Made by a program: the position numbers and the translations under genes. The notes beneath the pieces are model-generated. The model was given only the letters and a program-made list of their open reading frames with translations. It searched no databases and had not been told where the DNA came from. Positions 9,452 through 20,581 of a stretch of DNA of 64,000 nucleotides are shown piece by piece. Positions within the stretch are counted from its first letter, which is position 1; every line of letters begins with the position of its first letter. The stretch covers positions 32,001 through 96,000 of the forward strand of contig CAWHCF010000031.1 of the NCBI GenBank assembly GCA_963827655.1, written 5' to 3'. This DNA is from an uncultured Acidobacteriota bacterium. Its GTDB lineage: Bacteria > Acidobacteriota > UBA6911.

Positions 9452-9907
9452 ATGACTTATCGTTTCGCTCGCCGACTGAACTGGAATCGTCCCACACTGA
9501 CTTTTGCCGTGCTGGTTTTTCTCGGCGCTTGCTCCAGCGCAGCGCCGCCCAAACCGGTTGAGATAGCCGAAGGAGACACCTGCACGTTTTGCAAGAAGCC
9601 GATCGCCGACATGCGCTTTGCGGCCGAATTCATCACCAAAGACGGTTTCGTGCGCAAGTTCGACGACATCGGTTGCATGATCGAGCACAGCAAGAAGGGG
9701 AACAGGAACGCGATTGCTGCGTTCTTCACGGTCGATCACGACAAGAAAAACTGGATGAAGGCCGAAGACATGTCGTACCTGCGCTCCAAGAACCTGAACA
9801 CACCGGGTGGCACCGGTATCGCGGCCTTTGCCGACAAGTCGAGGACACAGGCGCTTGCCGCGCAGTTCCAGGGCGAGGCGGTCGGCTTCGAGGATCTGAT
9901 GAAGTGA
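9452..9907 (+). CDS. NosL-like (nitrous oxide reductase accessory) lipoprotein
   Basis: Lipobox LGAC, CTFC, FDDIGCM, TPGGTGIAAF; SD GGAGG upstream of ATG 9452. Confidence 0.75.
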   Translation: MTYRFARRLNWNRPTLTFAVLVFLGACSSAAPPKPVEIAEGDTCTFCKKPIADMRFAAEFITKDGFVRKFDDIGCMIEHSKKGNRNAIAAFFTVDHDKKNWMKAEDMSYLRSKNLNTPGGTGIAAFADKSRTQALAAQFQGEAVGFEDLMK

Positions 9908-9914
9908 ATTCGGC

Positions 9915-11114
9915 TCAGAACTTGGTTCCGGCGCCGGGAATCAGCTTGACCGCATTCTTGTAATACACCTTCTCGAGAACCGCGTCGGGGAGGTTCAGCG
10001 CCGTCACCATCCACCTGCCCTGAAAGTGATGGCTCTTTGATACGTCGAAGTACTCGTCTTCGGTCTCCAGGAATTGCCAGTGGACGCGGTATGCCTCGGC
10101 ATCAGGCCGGGTGTCCGTTCCGAACAGGACACGGTCCTGGTACTTGATGATGAGCTTGCGCGCCGTATAGGGCTGGCGGCCCAGCTCGCTCAGCCTGGCG
10201 TCGATGTCCACGTAGAAGTTCGGGTATTTGTCCAGTTGCTCTCCTACCCATTTGAGATTCTCGGCGTAGCAGCCCATGTGGGCGCCGATGAAGGTCGTGT
10301 TCCGATGCCTGGCGACCACGTTCATGAACTGGGTCAGGATGGTCTGGAGGGATGGGAAGTTGGGATAGAAGAGCCAGTTCAGATGGTCCTGCAGCTCTTC
10401 GTATCGCTCGTTGAACCGGTCGAGCGGCGTGAAGAAAGCGGCCGGATCCCCTACATGGACCTCAACCGGGATTTTTAACTGGCCGCATTTAGCCCAGATG
10501 GGATCGAGCCTCGGGTCGTCGACCGGAACGAACCTGCCATCCTTGTACCTGGTCTGGAGTCCAAGAGACTTGGCTATCTTCAGACCGTGCGCCCCTGCTT
10601 TTACGTCCGCCTCCAGTTGCGCTGCCGCCTTGATTCCGAAATCAGGATCATCAATCTTGCTCCAGTCCACTCGAGCGTAGGTCAGGAACCGGTTCGGGAA
10701 CGCCTTCTCGAACTTTTCGATCGTCGCTTTCAGCGTGTCGCCCCATCCCCCATCAAGGTTGACCACCTGGGCCACCCCAGCCGCATTCATCTCCTTGATG
10801 AACGCGGCAGGATCCGAAGCCCTCGGACCACCGGCAGTGCCGAGATGGTTGTGCACGTCGATGACAGGATACTTGGCCTTCTGCGGCACATGATACTCTG
10901 CAACCATCATGGACCTGGGCCGGTATTCCTGGAGCGTCAGATCCGGCGCGCGCTTGCTTGCGGCGCCTGGCGCAGGCTGCTGGCTTTCGACCCTGGCGGA
11001 CTGGAGGACGATCAGCAATACCATCGAAAGCCCAATGAAACATGGAACGCGCGCCCAGCGAGTACCCTTCATTCCCATCGCAAAACTCCTCAGGCTCAGG
11101 AATCGAAATTTCAC
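9915..11114 (-). CDS. Amidohydrolase family protein (amidohydrolase_2-like), exported; start uncertain
   Basis: IDVHNH, GLKI.K.LG, HVGDP, AHMG, LFGTD; hydrophobic N-terminal segment. Confidence 0.85.
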   Translation of the reverse strand: MKFRFLSLRSFAMGMKGTRWARVPCFIGLSMVLLIVLQSARVESQQPAPGAASKRAPDLTLQEYRPRSMMVAEYHVPQKAKYPVIDVHNHLGTAGGPRASDPAAFIKEMNAAGVAQVVNLDGGWGDTLKATIEKFEKAFPNRFLTYARVDWSKIDDPDFGIKAAAQLEADVKAGAHGLKIAKSLGLQTRYKDGRFVPVDDPRLDPIWAKCGQLKIPVEVHVGDPAAFFTPLDRFNERYEELQDHLNWLFYPNFPSLQTILTQFMNVVARHRNTTFIGAHMGCYAENLKWVGEQLDKYPNFYVDIDARLSELGRQPYTARKLIIKYQDRVLFGTDTRPDAEAYRVHWQFLETEDEYFDVSKSHHFQGRWMVTALNLPDAVLEKVYYKNAVKLIPGAGTKF

Positions 11115-11138
11115 AATTCGGCTGGCGTCGTGCTGCCC

Positions 11139-12056
11139 TCAGGAAGGATTCTCGCCCGAGAAGATCCTGTCCATGCGAAGGCTGACCTCTTTGATATAAC
11201 TCTCGTCACCGCTGCGTACTTCCGCCGAAACCCAGCCTCCGTAATCGATCTCGCGCAGCGCCTTGCGAACGTCGGGCCAGTCGATACCCTGGCCGCGCCT
11301 GTCCTTGGGATCGAACTTTGGATGGTCCACGCCCGGTTCAAAGCGCTTGATGTGAACTTTGACGAGCCTGTTTCCTATGGTCCGGATCCAATCCTGAGGG
11401 TAGCCGGTCGACACGACGTTGCCGATATCGAAATACGCCTTGACGTACGGGCTCTCGAATTCGTCAATGTAGCGCACGAATTCGAGCGGACTGAGCAGGA
11501 AGCGATTTCCCACATTTTCGATCGCGATGATCACCTTCAGCTCGCGGGCTAGCGGCGCCAGCTCTCGGATCTGCTGCTGAGATCGCTTGTACACGTCGAT
11601 GTACCGAACGTCGGAGGTGACGACGCCGGGCACTAACAATACGGTATCGGCTCCCAGTTCGTGCGCATTCTTCAGCGAGGTCTTGATTCCCTCGATACAC
11701 TTTTTGACCACTTCAGGGTCGCTGTCGGTCAGCGGGTACCGCCAGTGATCGGCGTTCATGATCGAATGAATCCGGACACCGGTGCTTCGGGAGGCTTCCT
11801 TGTATTCCTGCAACTCCTCAGAGCTTGTGATTGTATTGGGCTCGATGCCCTCAAAGCCGGCTTCTCGAGCCAGTTTGAATCTTTCCAGCACGCTCACGTT
11901 CCGGGGAAAGACCCCGATACAGGCGGCCTTCCTCATAGATCCGGGGGCTGCGACTGCCGGTGAAGCGTTTGCGACACTGGAGGGGCGGATAAACAGGGCC
12001 CCCACCGCGGCCGAACTCGACCGGGTCAAAAATTGACGTCTCGCGATCGTGCTCAT
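11139..12056 (-). CDS. Sugar phosphate isomerase/epimerase (AP endonuclease 2 TIM barrel) with Tat-like signal
   Basis: ARRQFL twin-arginine motif; AGFEGIE, IENV.N.FL.SP, YFDIGN, HIK. Confidence 0.85.
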   Translation of the reverse strand: MSTIARRQFLTRSSSAAVGALFIRPSSVANASPAVAAPGSMRKAACIGVFPRNVSVLERFKLAREAGFEGIEPNTITSSEELQEYKEASRSTGVRIHSIMNADHWRYPLTDSDPEVVKKCIEGIKTSLKNAHELGADTVLLVPGVVTSDVRYIDVYKRSQQQIRELAPLARELKVIIAIENVGNRFLLSPLEFVRYIDEFESPYVKAYFDIGNVVSTGYPQDWIRTIGNRLVKVHIKRFEPGVDHPKFDPKDRRGQGIDWPDVRKALREIDYGGWVSAEVRSGDESYIKEVSLRMDRIFSGENPS

Positions 12057-12218
12057 TGTCGTTCTCCTTCGCTGTGAATAGTCGATTATAACCGGTTCGA
12101 TTTGCACCGGGCAGCAAAACGATTGGGCCTGGTCCATGAGGAGCCGGACTCCCTCTCTGTGAGGACGAATGAATAAATCACCGGCGCCTTTGTAATACAG
12201 GCCTTTTGTGGAGGATCT

Positions 12219-12539
12219 ATGTTAAGCACCACTACACAGTCGATCGAGGGGAAACAAATTACCCAGTATCTCGGAATCGTTACCGGGGAAGCGATCCTGG
12301 GCGCTAACTTCTTTCGCGATGTCCTTGCATTCGTCCGGGACGTCGTGGGCGGCCGGGCCGGAGCCTATCAGAAGGTGCTGAATCAGGCCCGCGAAATCGC
12401 CTTGAAAGAAATGGAATCGGCCGCAGAACAGCGCGGAGCCAACGCCGTCGTCGGCGTCGATCTGGACTACGAGGTGCTCGGCAAGGACAACGGCATGCTC
12501 ATGGTTACTGCCAGCGGCACTGCCGTCCGGACCTCGTAG
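12219..12539 (+). CDS. YbjQ/UPF0145 family protein
   Basis: [46 protein letters not shown]. Confidence 0.92.
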   Translation: MLSTTTQSIEGKQITQYLGIVTGEAILGANFFRDVLAFVRDVVGGRAGAYQKVLNQAREIALKEMESAAEQRGANAVVGVDLDYEVLGKDNGMLMVTASGTAVRTS

Positions 12540-12599
12540 ATTCAGGTGGCTGGCTGCGACCCGGTGCGGTCCTCATAACTTGCCTAATCGCGCGAGACG

Positions 12600-13511
12600 C
12601 TATGAACCCAAGGATTTGATGCGTGCGGCTACTAATAAAGCCGGGAAAACCAGTCCGGCCCCGATGACAAGGTCAATGATGTAGTGTTGATTGAGAAAGA
12701 CGCACGCAAACCACATGCTCGCTGTATAAACGGCTGCCAGGGCAATCCAGCGCGGTTTGGAGCCATGCAGGACCAGAACCAGCGTCAGCAATAGCGGATA
12801 CGCCGCGTGCAGCGAGGGGATCGCCGCGAACCGGTTCGGGCTCAAATCGAAGAGTCCGGAGAGCGGTGAGCCGCGAGCATAACCCGATGGCATCGAATGT
12901 TGCGCCGAAGGCTGCAGCGATCCATTTTCGTATACCCACCATGGAGGAGCTGCGGGGTACAGCAGGTAGATCGCAAGCGACAAAGCATGCAAGAGCGTGA
13001 GGGACCAGACCAGCCGTCGGAAGAGCAGCTGAGACCGTCTGAGCCACAGGACCAGAAGAATGACGGGGATCCCGAAAAGGTGGGACAGATAAACCGCATT
13101 GCAAAATCCGGATAGGACCCTGGGGTAGAATTCGCCGGCATGACGCGACATCCAACGAGTGAAATAGAACGGCCACAGGGTCCCGTCGGGAGCCAGAAAC
13201 AAGCGCGATTCCAGCCGGAGCGGGGGATCCACGGCCACGCGCGGGAAAAGGCTCGCCGAGAAGATGCGCATCATGTCGTACGCGAGCCAGAAGGACACCA
13301 TCGGCCACCAGTCGCGCATAAAGCGACGTGGTCCTTCTTGTGGCGCCAGGCAAGTCCAGAGAAGGACTAGCAGGCTCAGGTGCTGCCAGCCCAGCTTCCC
13401 GCTCAGAGAGAGCGCGACCGCGCAGCCGATGATGGCGGCTGCGCCGAGCCAGTACCGGGGGACCGGGCCTTCCTCTCCACCAGCCGCGTGTGAGACCCCT
13501 TTCTCTGCCAT
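12600..13511 (-). CDS. PAP2-superfamily membrane protein (Aur1/IPC synthase-like)
   Basis: YPAAPPW, AAIPSLHAAY, HYIID; multiple TM segments. Confidence 0.85.
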   Translation of the reverse strand: MAEKGVSHAAGGEEGPVPRYWLGAAAIIGCAVALSLSGKLGWQHLSLLVLLWTCLAPQEGPRRFMRDWWPMVSFWLAYDMMRIFSASLFPRVAVDPPLRLESRLFLAPDGTLWPFYFTRWMSRHAGEFYPRVLSGFCNAVYLSHLFGIPVILLVLWLRRSQLLFRRLVWSLTLLHALSLAIYLLYPAAPPWWVYENGSLQPSAQHSMPSGYARGSPLSGLFDLSPNRFAAIPSLHAAYPLLLTLVLVLHGSKPRWIALAAVYTASMWFACVFLNQHYIIDLVIGAGLVFPALLVAARIKSLGS

Positions 13512-13542
13512 GGACGAGTATCTTACACAAGAATCGAAGTGC

Positions 13543-13625
13543 TCTTAGTGTTTCTTCGTGACTTCGTGGTTAGAGCTGCCAAACAAATACCACGAGGACA
13601 CAAAGACACGAAGAAACACCAAGAA
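13543..13625. repeat. Inverted imperfect ~9-mer tandem array
   Basis: CTTCGTG-type units followed ~20 nt later by CACGAAG/CACAAAG/CACCAAG units. Confidence 0.65.
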
Positions 13626-13631
13626 TGTGGC

Positions 13632-14876
13632 TTATTCGTAGCGGAGTGATTCGATCGGATCGAGACGGGCCGCCTTGCGCGCAGGCCATACCCCGAAGGT
13701 GAGACCTATGGTGACGGAGACCACGAAACCAGTGACGACAGCCCAGGTGGGGATGCTCGCCGGTAAGGAGGGAACCAGCGCGATGACTACATAACTTATG
13801 CCGATGGCCAGGACGATTCCGAAGACCCCGCCCACGCCTGTGAGAGTCATGGCTTCGAAGAGAAACTGGAAGACGATATCACGCCGGGTTGCGCCGATAG
13901 CTTTCCGAACGCCGATCTCCCGGGTCCTTTCCGTTACCGAAACGAGCATGATGTTCATGACGCCGATCCCGCCGACCAGAAGGCCGATGCTCGATATGGC
14001 GATGGCAATGAGGCCAACGGCGGCCGTGATGGAATCGAACTGCTGGATGACGCGATCGGCGGTCGAAAGATCGAAATTGCGGGGTTCGCTAGGCTTTACA
14101 TTGCGGCGTATGCGCAGGAGTCCTTCCACTTCGTCTAAGGCCTTCTGGAGTTTTCCCGAATGGGCCTGGATCAAGAGAAAGTGTTTGTCTTCCCAGGGCA
14201 ACATCTTGTGAAAGGACCCGTAAGGGATGTTGACGGAGTTATCCTGTTCGTTCTCTCCCATGAAGCCGCCCTTCCGTTTCTCCATTATTCCCACGACGGT
14301 GAAGGGCATTCCGTTTATCAGAATCATCTTTCCTATGGGATCGGAGTTAGGGAAAAGCGTCTTAGAGGCGTCGGCGCCGAGCGTGCAGACTTTCATCCGG
14401 TGCTGATCCTCTATTTCAGTGAAAAACCGTCCCTCGGCCGGAGTCAAGTTCGCGATGGAGGGGTAGTTGGCTGGAACGCCGCGAAACTGGAAGTTTCGAA
14501 GGATATTATTCTGGTGCCTTACCTTCACCCGCGTTTCCCAGGGAAAGCCTTCCCAGGTCACATCGCGTACGGAGGGGCATTGTTCACGAATGGCGCGCGC
14601 GTCTTCGACGCTGAGCGGTTTTCGCAGCCATTCTTCCCGCGGACGGCGGCCGAATTGAGGACCTGTGTTGAGATGGAAGGCGAAAATGTTTTCGGTTCCG
14701 TACTCCTCGACAAAAGTGATGACGTTCTGCCGCAGACCGGTCAGAATCGACGCGATCACGATAACGGTCACCACTCCGATGATGATGCCGAGAACCGTCA
14801 GGAATGAGCGGAATTTGTGGGCCATCAAGGTTTGCATGGCCATTCCCACGTTTTCGCGATATTGAATGCTCTTCAT
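13632..14876 (-). CDS. ABC transporter permease, MacB/FtsX family
   Basis: RSFLTVLGIIIGV, LLVGGIGVMNIMLVSVTERTREIGVRKAIGA, PARKAARLDPIESLRYE. Confidence 0.93.
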   Translation of the reverse strand: MKSIQYRENVGMAMQTLMAHKFRSFLTVLGIIIGVVTVIVIASILTGLRQNVITFVEEYGTENIFAFHLNTGPQFGRRPREEWLRKPLSVEDARAIREQCPSVRDVTWEGFPWETRVKVRHQNNILRNFQFRGVPANYPSIANLTPAEGRFFTEIEDQHRMKVCTLGADASKTLFPNSDPIGKMILINGMPFTVVGIMEKRKGGFMGENEQDNSVNIPYGSFHKMLPWEDKHFLLIQAHSGKLQKALDEVEGLLRIRRNVKPSEPRNFDLSTADRVIQQFDSITAAVGLIAIAISSIGLLVGGIGVMNIMLVSVTERTREIGVRKAIGATRRDIVFQFLFEAMTLTGVGGVFGIVLAIGISYVVIALVPSLPASIPTWAVVTGFVVSVTIGLTFGVWPARKAARLDPIESLRYE

Positions 14877-14880
14877 CCGA

Positions 14881-16182
14881 TTATTCTCGAGACAGGGCGA
14901 CGATCGGGTCGAGCTTCGACGCCTTGTAAGCTGGGTAAATGCCGAACAGGAGCCCGATTCCGCCCGAGGCGACGAGAGCCAGCAGAATATACCCGGCCGT
15001 GATATCCATGGGGATCGGTGTGGTACGTCGTATGATGAAGCTGATCGCGTAGGCCAGCAGTAATCCGAAGAGTCCACCGAAAGCGGCCAGAAGCGACGAT
15101 TCCACCAGGAATTGAAGCAGAATGTCCTTGCGCCGGGCGCCGACGGATTTGCGCAAGCCGATCTCCCTGGTCCGTTCGGTCACTGTCACCAGCATGATGT
15201 TCATGATGACGATTCCCCCGACAATGAGGGAGATCAGTGTTATCGGGGTGACCACCGCGGCAATGGCACCGGTAAATTTGCCGATGTTCTCCTGAATCGT
15301 CGAGCTCGCCAGAATATCGAAGTCGTCTTCCTCCTTCGGTCGCAGATTGTGCCGCGACCTCATGATGAGCCGTACATCGTCCTGGGTCGATTGCATGGCC
15401 TCGGCGGACGGGGCCTTGATCCGCACCGAGATGGACTGGCGACTCCCATATTTCTTAAGGAAACTCGTATAGGGGATGTAAATCGAGTTGTCCAACGATT
15501 GACCGAAGAAGGTCCCGTTACGCTTCTCGACACCGATGATGAAGAACGAGTCTCCGCCAACTTTGATTTCTTTGCCCAGAGGCTCGACCGAGGCGAAAAA
15601 CTCCTCTCGAATCTCCGCTCCGATCACCGCTACCGGCCGCGCGTGGTCGACGTCGAAACTGGACAGGAAGCGCCCTTCGGCGATGTCCAATTGCTGAATC
15701 CGGGGAAGGTCGGAGGTTACACCATTTATGTTGGCATCATAGAAGGTGCGGTTTCCGGACTTGGCGTCGTCGCGCCACCGGAGATTTGTGCTCAATGCTT
15801 CACAATCCGCGCAGCGTTCTTCAATGGCCCGCATATCATCGGCGTTGAGACGCTTGCGCTTGCTGAGTTTCTCCCACTCTTCCTCCGACACGTGCTGGCG
15901 GGCAATGCGCGAGACCATGAAAGTATTGCTACCGAACGTGCTGGTCATCCGATCGGTGATGTAGGTCCCGAGCCCCTCGATCGCGCCTCCCACGATGACT
16001 ACGGATGCCACTCCGATGATGATTCCCACGAGGGTAAGGATCGAGCGCATCTTGTGCGACCAGATCGAGTCCACGGCAATGCTCGCCGCTTCCCCGAAAG
16101 CAGCGCGGGAACGTTGCCTGGATGCCTTCACCGGCACAGCGTGCGCCCCAGGTAATTCGATCTCGGAGAAAACCGCGCTCAT
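14881..16182 (-). CDS. ABC transporter permease, MacB/FtsX family
   Basis: RSILTLVGIIIGV, GGIVIMNIMLVTVTERTREIGLRKSVGA, PAYKASKLDPI. Confidence 0.93.
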   Translation of the reverse strand: MSAVFSEIELPGAHAVPVKASRQRSRAAFGEAASIAVDSIWSHKMRSILTLVGIIIGVASVVIVGGAIEGLGTYITDRMTSTFGSNTFMVSRIARQHVSEEEWEKLSKRKRLNADDMRAIEERCADCEALSTNLRWRDDAKSGNRTFYDANINGVTSDLPRIQQLDIAEGRFLSSFDVDHARPVAVIGAEIREEFFASVEPLGKEIKVGGDSFFIIGVEKRNGTFFGQSLDNSIYIPYTSFLKKYGSRQSISVRIKAPSAEAMQSTQDDVRLIMRSRHNLRPKEEDDFDILASSTIQENIGKFTGAIAAVVTPITLISLIVGGIVIMNIMLVTVTERTREIGLRKSVGARRKDILLQFLVESSLLAAFGGLFGLLLAYAISFIIRRTTPIPMDITAGYILLALVASGGIGLLFGIYPAYKASKLDPIVALSRE

Positions 16183-16327
16183 TACGGGACCACCTCGACG
16201 GTGCGGTTCGGGGTCTCGTCACCACGAAGAAAGAGGGAAACCACAGCGAATTGCCAGCCGACCATCACCATATCTGTATCTTTTACGAATCTTTCCCTTG
16301 AAAAGTTCTCAAATCGAAGGATTCTGG

Positions 16328-17978
16328 TTAAAGAGGGATTATCTCGTAGCCGCTTGTTGGACCTTGATGGGGGCTTCCGGCTTTTTCTTGGGCGAGATTT
16401 TCTGGGAACTGGCCGAGATTCCGGGGCCGCTGGCCGGCGGCTTTGCGGCACGATTTCGCGAGCTCAGCCCGCTCTTGGTCCCGGTGGTAGAGGCGGCTGG
16501 CTTTTGTTTCGAAGACTGGCGCGAAGTCGAGGAGCTTTCGAGTAGAGGGAATGGTCAGCCAGGTCCCGCCCCGTAGCCTGCCGGAGTCGAGATCATTGGC
16601 ATCCTTGAGAGCTTCGACCGAAACACGATAGCGAGCCGCGATCTTGTTCAGAGTTTCTCCGGGTCGGACCTTGTGCCTTCTCGCCGCCACCACCGGTTCG
16701 GGTTTGGGCGGAGGGAGCTGAGCCAACCTTGGCAATAGATCAGGGCTGGTTCCTTCGGGAACCTTCAATTGAAAATACGAAGGAGTGCCGTAACCACGCA
16801 AGGCCGGATTGAGCTGCTTCAGCGTATCGACGGGGACCCCAAGGACGCCGCCGGCGGCGCGCAGGTCGATAGGTTGCGTAAGAGTGAACTGATCGTAGGA
16901 AAGAGGCTGATCCCGCTCGACCGGCAATCCGTACTTTTCTGGATTTCGCGCGAGAATGACGCTGGCCATTATCAAAGGCACATGATTTTTAGTTTCCCGA
17001 GGGAAATTGCGCCGAAGATCCATCATGTCCCAAAAATCGTTCAGGCCGCTTCTATCAATCAGACGCTGGATATTTCCTTCCCCCCAGTTATAGGCCGCCA
17101 GCACGAGATTCCAGTCTTTGAACATCCCGTAGAGGTCGTTCAGGTAGCGCGCGGCGGCGCGGGTGGACTTCTCGGGATCGGACCGTTCGTCTATGCGGCT
17201 GTCGACCTTTAATCCATATCGGATCGCCGTCCCTCTACCGAACTGCCAGATGCCCTTGTTCTTGGTGCGCGAAAGAGCGTTGGTCTTGAACAGGCTCTCC
17301 ACCTGGGCCAGATACATTACGTCGAGAGGTATGGACTCCTCCCGGAAGATCTTTTGAATCATGTCCTCGTAACGGCCGGATCGCACCAACCCGTCGACGA
17401 AGTACTTCCGCCCTCGATTCAGCCAGTAGTTCAAGGACTGAAGTACCTTGTCGTTCATTATGATGGGAATGTCGTACTTCATGTTCACGAGGTCGGCTTC
17501 CACGACGTCGCGCAGCGAGGGGTCTATCTTGATCGGAATAAGGTCGAGTTTTTCCAATTCATCGACTACGGCGGTCTCAACCTGCTCGCCAAAGACTTCG
17601 TTGGGCTGCAGGTAGCGTGATTCGTCTTGCTGGATTTTCTGGATCAGGTCGCGAAAGAAGTGGTTCAGGGTCGGCTGCGTGTCGAGATCCCATTCCGATC
17701 TGAGAATCATGTCGACAGCGCTGTTGAAAGCTGCCCTCGCCCGCCGCGATTCTCCCGACTTGAGAAGACTGGACCCCTCGTGATAGCGCATCTCGCGAGA
17801 TGCGCATCAAATCCACCATCTCGACCGAAACGTTTGCCACATCCACGGTCAAATCGACGGCAGACGCAGACACCGGTACGGCTACGGCATCGCCGTTATC
17901 AGCCTGTGGCCTCGCGTTTGCGGGCAACCACAGACAGAATAGTACGACCAAAGCGTGAGCGGGCCAAAGCCTCTTCAT
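16328..17978 (-). CDS. Lytic transglycosylase (MltD-like SLT + LysM); apparent frameshifts near 17800 and 16540
   Basis: Signal peptide in ORF 17577-17978; YLAQVES, GIWQF, LAAYNWGEG, ETKNHVP and LysM HKVRPGETLNKIAARYRVS in ORF 16328-17791; a K/S/P-rich tail in another frame ends at 16339. Confidence 0.85.
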
Positions 17979-17994
17979 GTTTGCGTACGTGGAC

Positions 17995-19660
17995 CTACTT
18001 AAGTTCTGGATTTTGAGCTGCCGGCGTCAGACGGCCGGTGGTCATCAGTTGTTTCGCCTCGGGTAGTGCTTCGAGGGCTTTGACTACCTGCGTGTCGCCC
18101 TGGATGGCGATCTTGAATCCCTCCTGCATGCCGAAGGAAGACGTATAGACTTCCTGCTTGATGCGTCGTTTGATGAAATCGACGTTGTTCTGGATTTCCT
18201 CGTCGGTGAGTTCTACATGGCGACCTCGGAGGAAGGCTTTGAAGTCGTCCATGATGGCGTCAGTAATTTCGAGCTTGGGAACGGGCCGGGAGCTCCTGCT
18301 GGCCGAAGTGTTCACCTCCTCATTTTTCAGAGGAAGCTGGAAATTACTGGCAGCGGCGACCTGGCCGGAAGTGAGGCGGCGCGCGTATTCGAAAAAGATG
18401 TCTTTACTTTGAAGAAGCGCTTCCACGCGAGTGAGTTCCCGCATCGGCACCTGGATGTCGGGCGTAATCCCTCCTCCTCCGAGGACCTTCCGTCCGCTAT
18501 CGGTGAACTTGGTCTCGCGCTGTTTGGAGGACGCTGAGGCGTTGCTCAAGTAATAGTAGTCAAATGTCGACCCGGAATAGTCTCGCTGAATCAAGCGCCC
18601 GCTGGGCGTATAGAAATGAGCCGTGGTTAGAGCCATTCCCGTGTTGTTCTCGAGATTGTAGACAGACTGCACGAGCCCTTTGCCGAAGCTCGTCTCGCCT
18701 ACAATCACGCCCCGGTCGTGGTCCTGCAAAGCGCCGGCCACAATCTCCGAGGCGCTGGCGCTATGACGGTTGATCAGGATTACGATGGGGACTCGGAGAG
18801 CTTCGGTAGTTGACGCCTTGTAGTCTCTGGCGGTCCCTTCCAGACGCCCTTTGGTCGACACGATTTTATCCGTCTTGGGCAAGAAAAAGTCAGCCACTTC
18901 GATAGCCTGATTCAGCAGTCCTCCCGGGTTGTCTCGAAGATCGAGAATCAGGCCCGAGAGATTACTGGCGTCGAGTTTCTTGAGCTTGTCGCCTAACTCG
19001 CCCGACGTCGATTCAGAGAAGCGATCGAGTTTTATGTAACCAATCCCCGGCTTGACCTCGAAAGCATAGGGGACGGTAATCAGCGGAATCTCGTCCCGTT
19101 CAATTTTGAATGGCAGCGGGTCGCTAACGCCTGGGCGCTCTACCGTGATATTGACCGTGGTGCCGCGCGGGCCTCGGAGCTTACCGACTACTTCTTCCGA
19201 CGTCCAGTCGTCGATCGATTCGCCTTCGATGCGGGTGATCACATCCCCCGCCCGTAACCCGCGCCGCTCGGCAGGAGAGCCGATTGCCGGCGGTTCCACA
19301 ATCACGACCCGACCGCGCTCGCGTAGCAGCGGGCGGACCCGGATACCGAGACCTGAATACTTGCTGTGCTGTTCTTCACGCAGGCGCGAATACTCTTTGG
19401 GCTCGAAGAAACTGGAGTGCGGATCGAGGGCGCGAAGCATTCCCTTGATCGCGCTATAGACGAGCTTATCGGGACCTATGTTCCCGACGTAGTTTTTCTG
19501 GATAACGTCCAGGGCTTCCGTGAAGTCACGGAGGAAATCGTTCGTCAGTAGCCTGGGACGATCCCGCAGATCCGGCTGCTGCGCTTCCTCCCATGAAACC
19601 ACTCACAAGCGAGGACATCAGCACGACGAGGACAACCAGAACGGCAAATCTATGTTTCAT
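17995..19660 (-). CDS. S41A carboxyl-terminal processing protease (CtpA/Prc-like, PDZ); apparent frameshift near 19540
   Basis: LDPHS, PDZ, LDLRDNPGGLL, SASASEIVAGALQD, SFGKGLVQ; signal MKHRFAVLVVLVVL lies in a different frame starting at 19660. Confidence 0.88.
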
Positions 19661-19869
19661 AAGAGGATAACTCCATTGCCCTTGACAAAGTCGACAGAGT
19701 ATAGCACGCGACGGATTGCCTGACAATGCTGAAATCCCGCTAAATACTCTTGAGCCTTTGCGTTGGCTGCAGGGGTCCAATCGTAGCGTTTTTTCGGGCT
19801 TCGAACCCAATTTGTCTTCGCGCCTTCGAATCTCGTGCTGTACGGAGCGAAGGGGGAGTTCCGCAGGTA

Positions 19870-20113
19870 CAGCGGTATGGTCAGGCACGGTCAGGAAGGT
19901 GTTTCGATCCCGTCGAGCATTGCCGAAGGCCCGGCCGCGACAGAGAGCTGAGGAGACTTGTTCATATCGAGCTGGGATCGGCGAGCGAGCCTCAATACCA
20001 ACTTCTGCTGACGCGGAATCTGAGCCATCTCACAAGCGGTAAACATGACCAACTCGAGGGGCGGGTGACGTAAATCAAAGAAGATGCTGTCGCCGCTGGC
20101 ACAGAAGCTGATA
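19870..20113 (+). pseudogene. Degraded four-helix-bundle (23S rRNA IVS-protein-like) gene
   Basis: Across frameshifts reads VSIPSSIAEG / GR..ELRRLVHIELGSASE.QYQLLL.RNL, matching the family motif SIPSNIAEG...IA.GSASE; internal stop. Confidence 0.65.
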
Positions 20114-20257
20114 GCCTCGCGGCCGGATGGTCGCGCTTTGGTTCATGCCGTCCCCGAGGCTGATTCTTGCTTCCACGGCATTGACAACCTCCAAGCCCTA
20201 AATTAGACTTTGGCCAAATTGTGTGGTCTGCACAGTCCACCTGGAAAGCGAGTGGTT

Positions 20258-20581
20258 ATGGGCTCCTTGGGAATGCAGGAGATCATCGTTATTTTCGTTT
20301 TGGCCCTCATCATCTTCGGCCCTCGCAAGCTGCCTGATCTTGGAAAATCACTAGGTCGGGGAATGGCGGAGTTCAAGAAGGCTTCCAATGAATTAAAACA
20401 GACCTGGGAAGACGAGGTCCGGCTCGATAAAGAGAAACAGGATATGGCGGAAATCCTCAAGGACACGTCCGATTGGAAGCGCTCTTTGGAGGAAGAGGTG
20501 CGGGCCGACTCCGAGAGCCGTAGCGACACTCCTGTCGATTCGAAAGAGATTCCTGCTGGCGATTCGAAAGAGATTCAATGA
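20258..20581 (+). CDS. Twin-arginine translocase TatA/TatB subunit
   Basis: LGMQEIIVIFVLALIIFGPRKLPDLGKSLGRGMAEFKKA. Confidence 0.9.
   Translation: MGSLGMQEIIVIFVLALIIFGPRKLPDLGKSLGRGMAEFKKASNELKQTWEDEVRLDKEKQDMAEILKDTSDWKRSLEEEVRADSESRSDTPVDSKEIPAGDSKEIQ

Noticed and set aside
3059-9561. ORFs 3059-3616, 3403-3708, 8977-9561 (and 21808-22335) as a small paralogous protein family
   Set aside because: Shared peptide sequence comes from reading through the MITE copies
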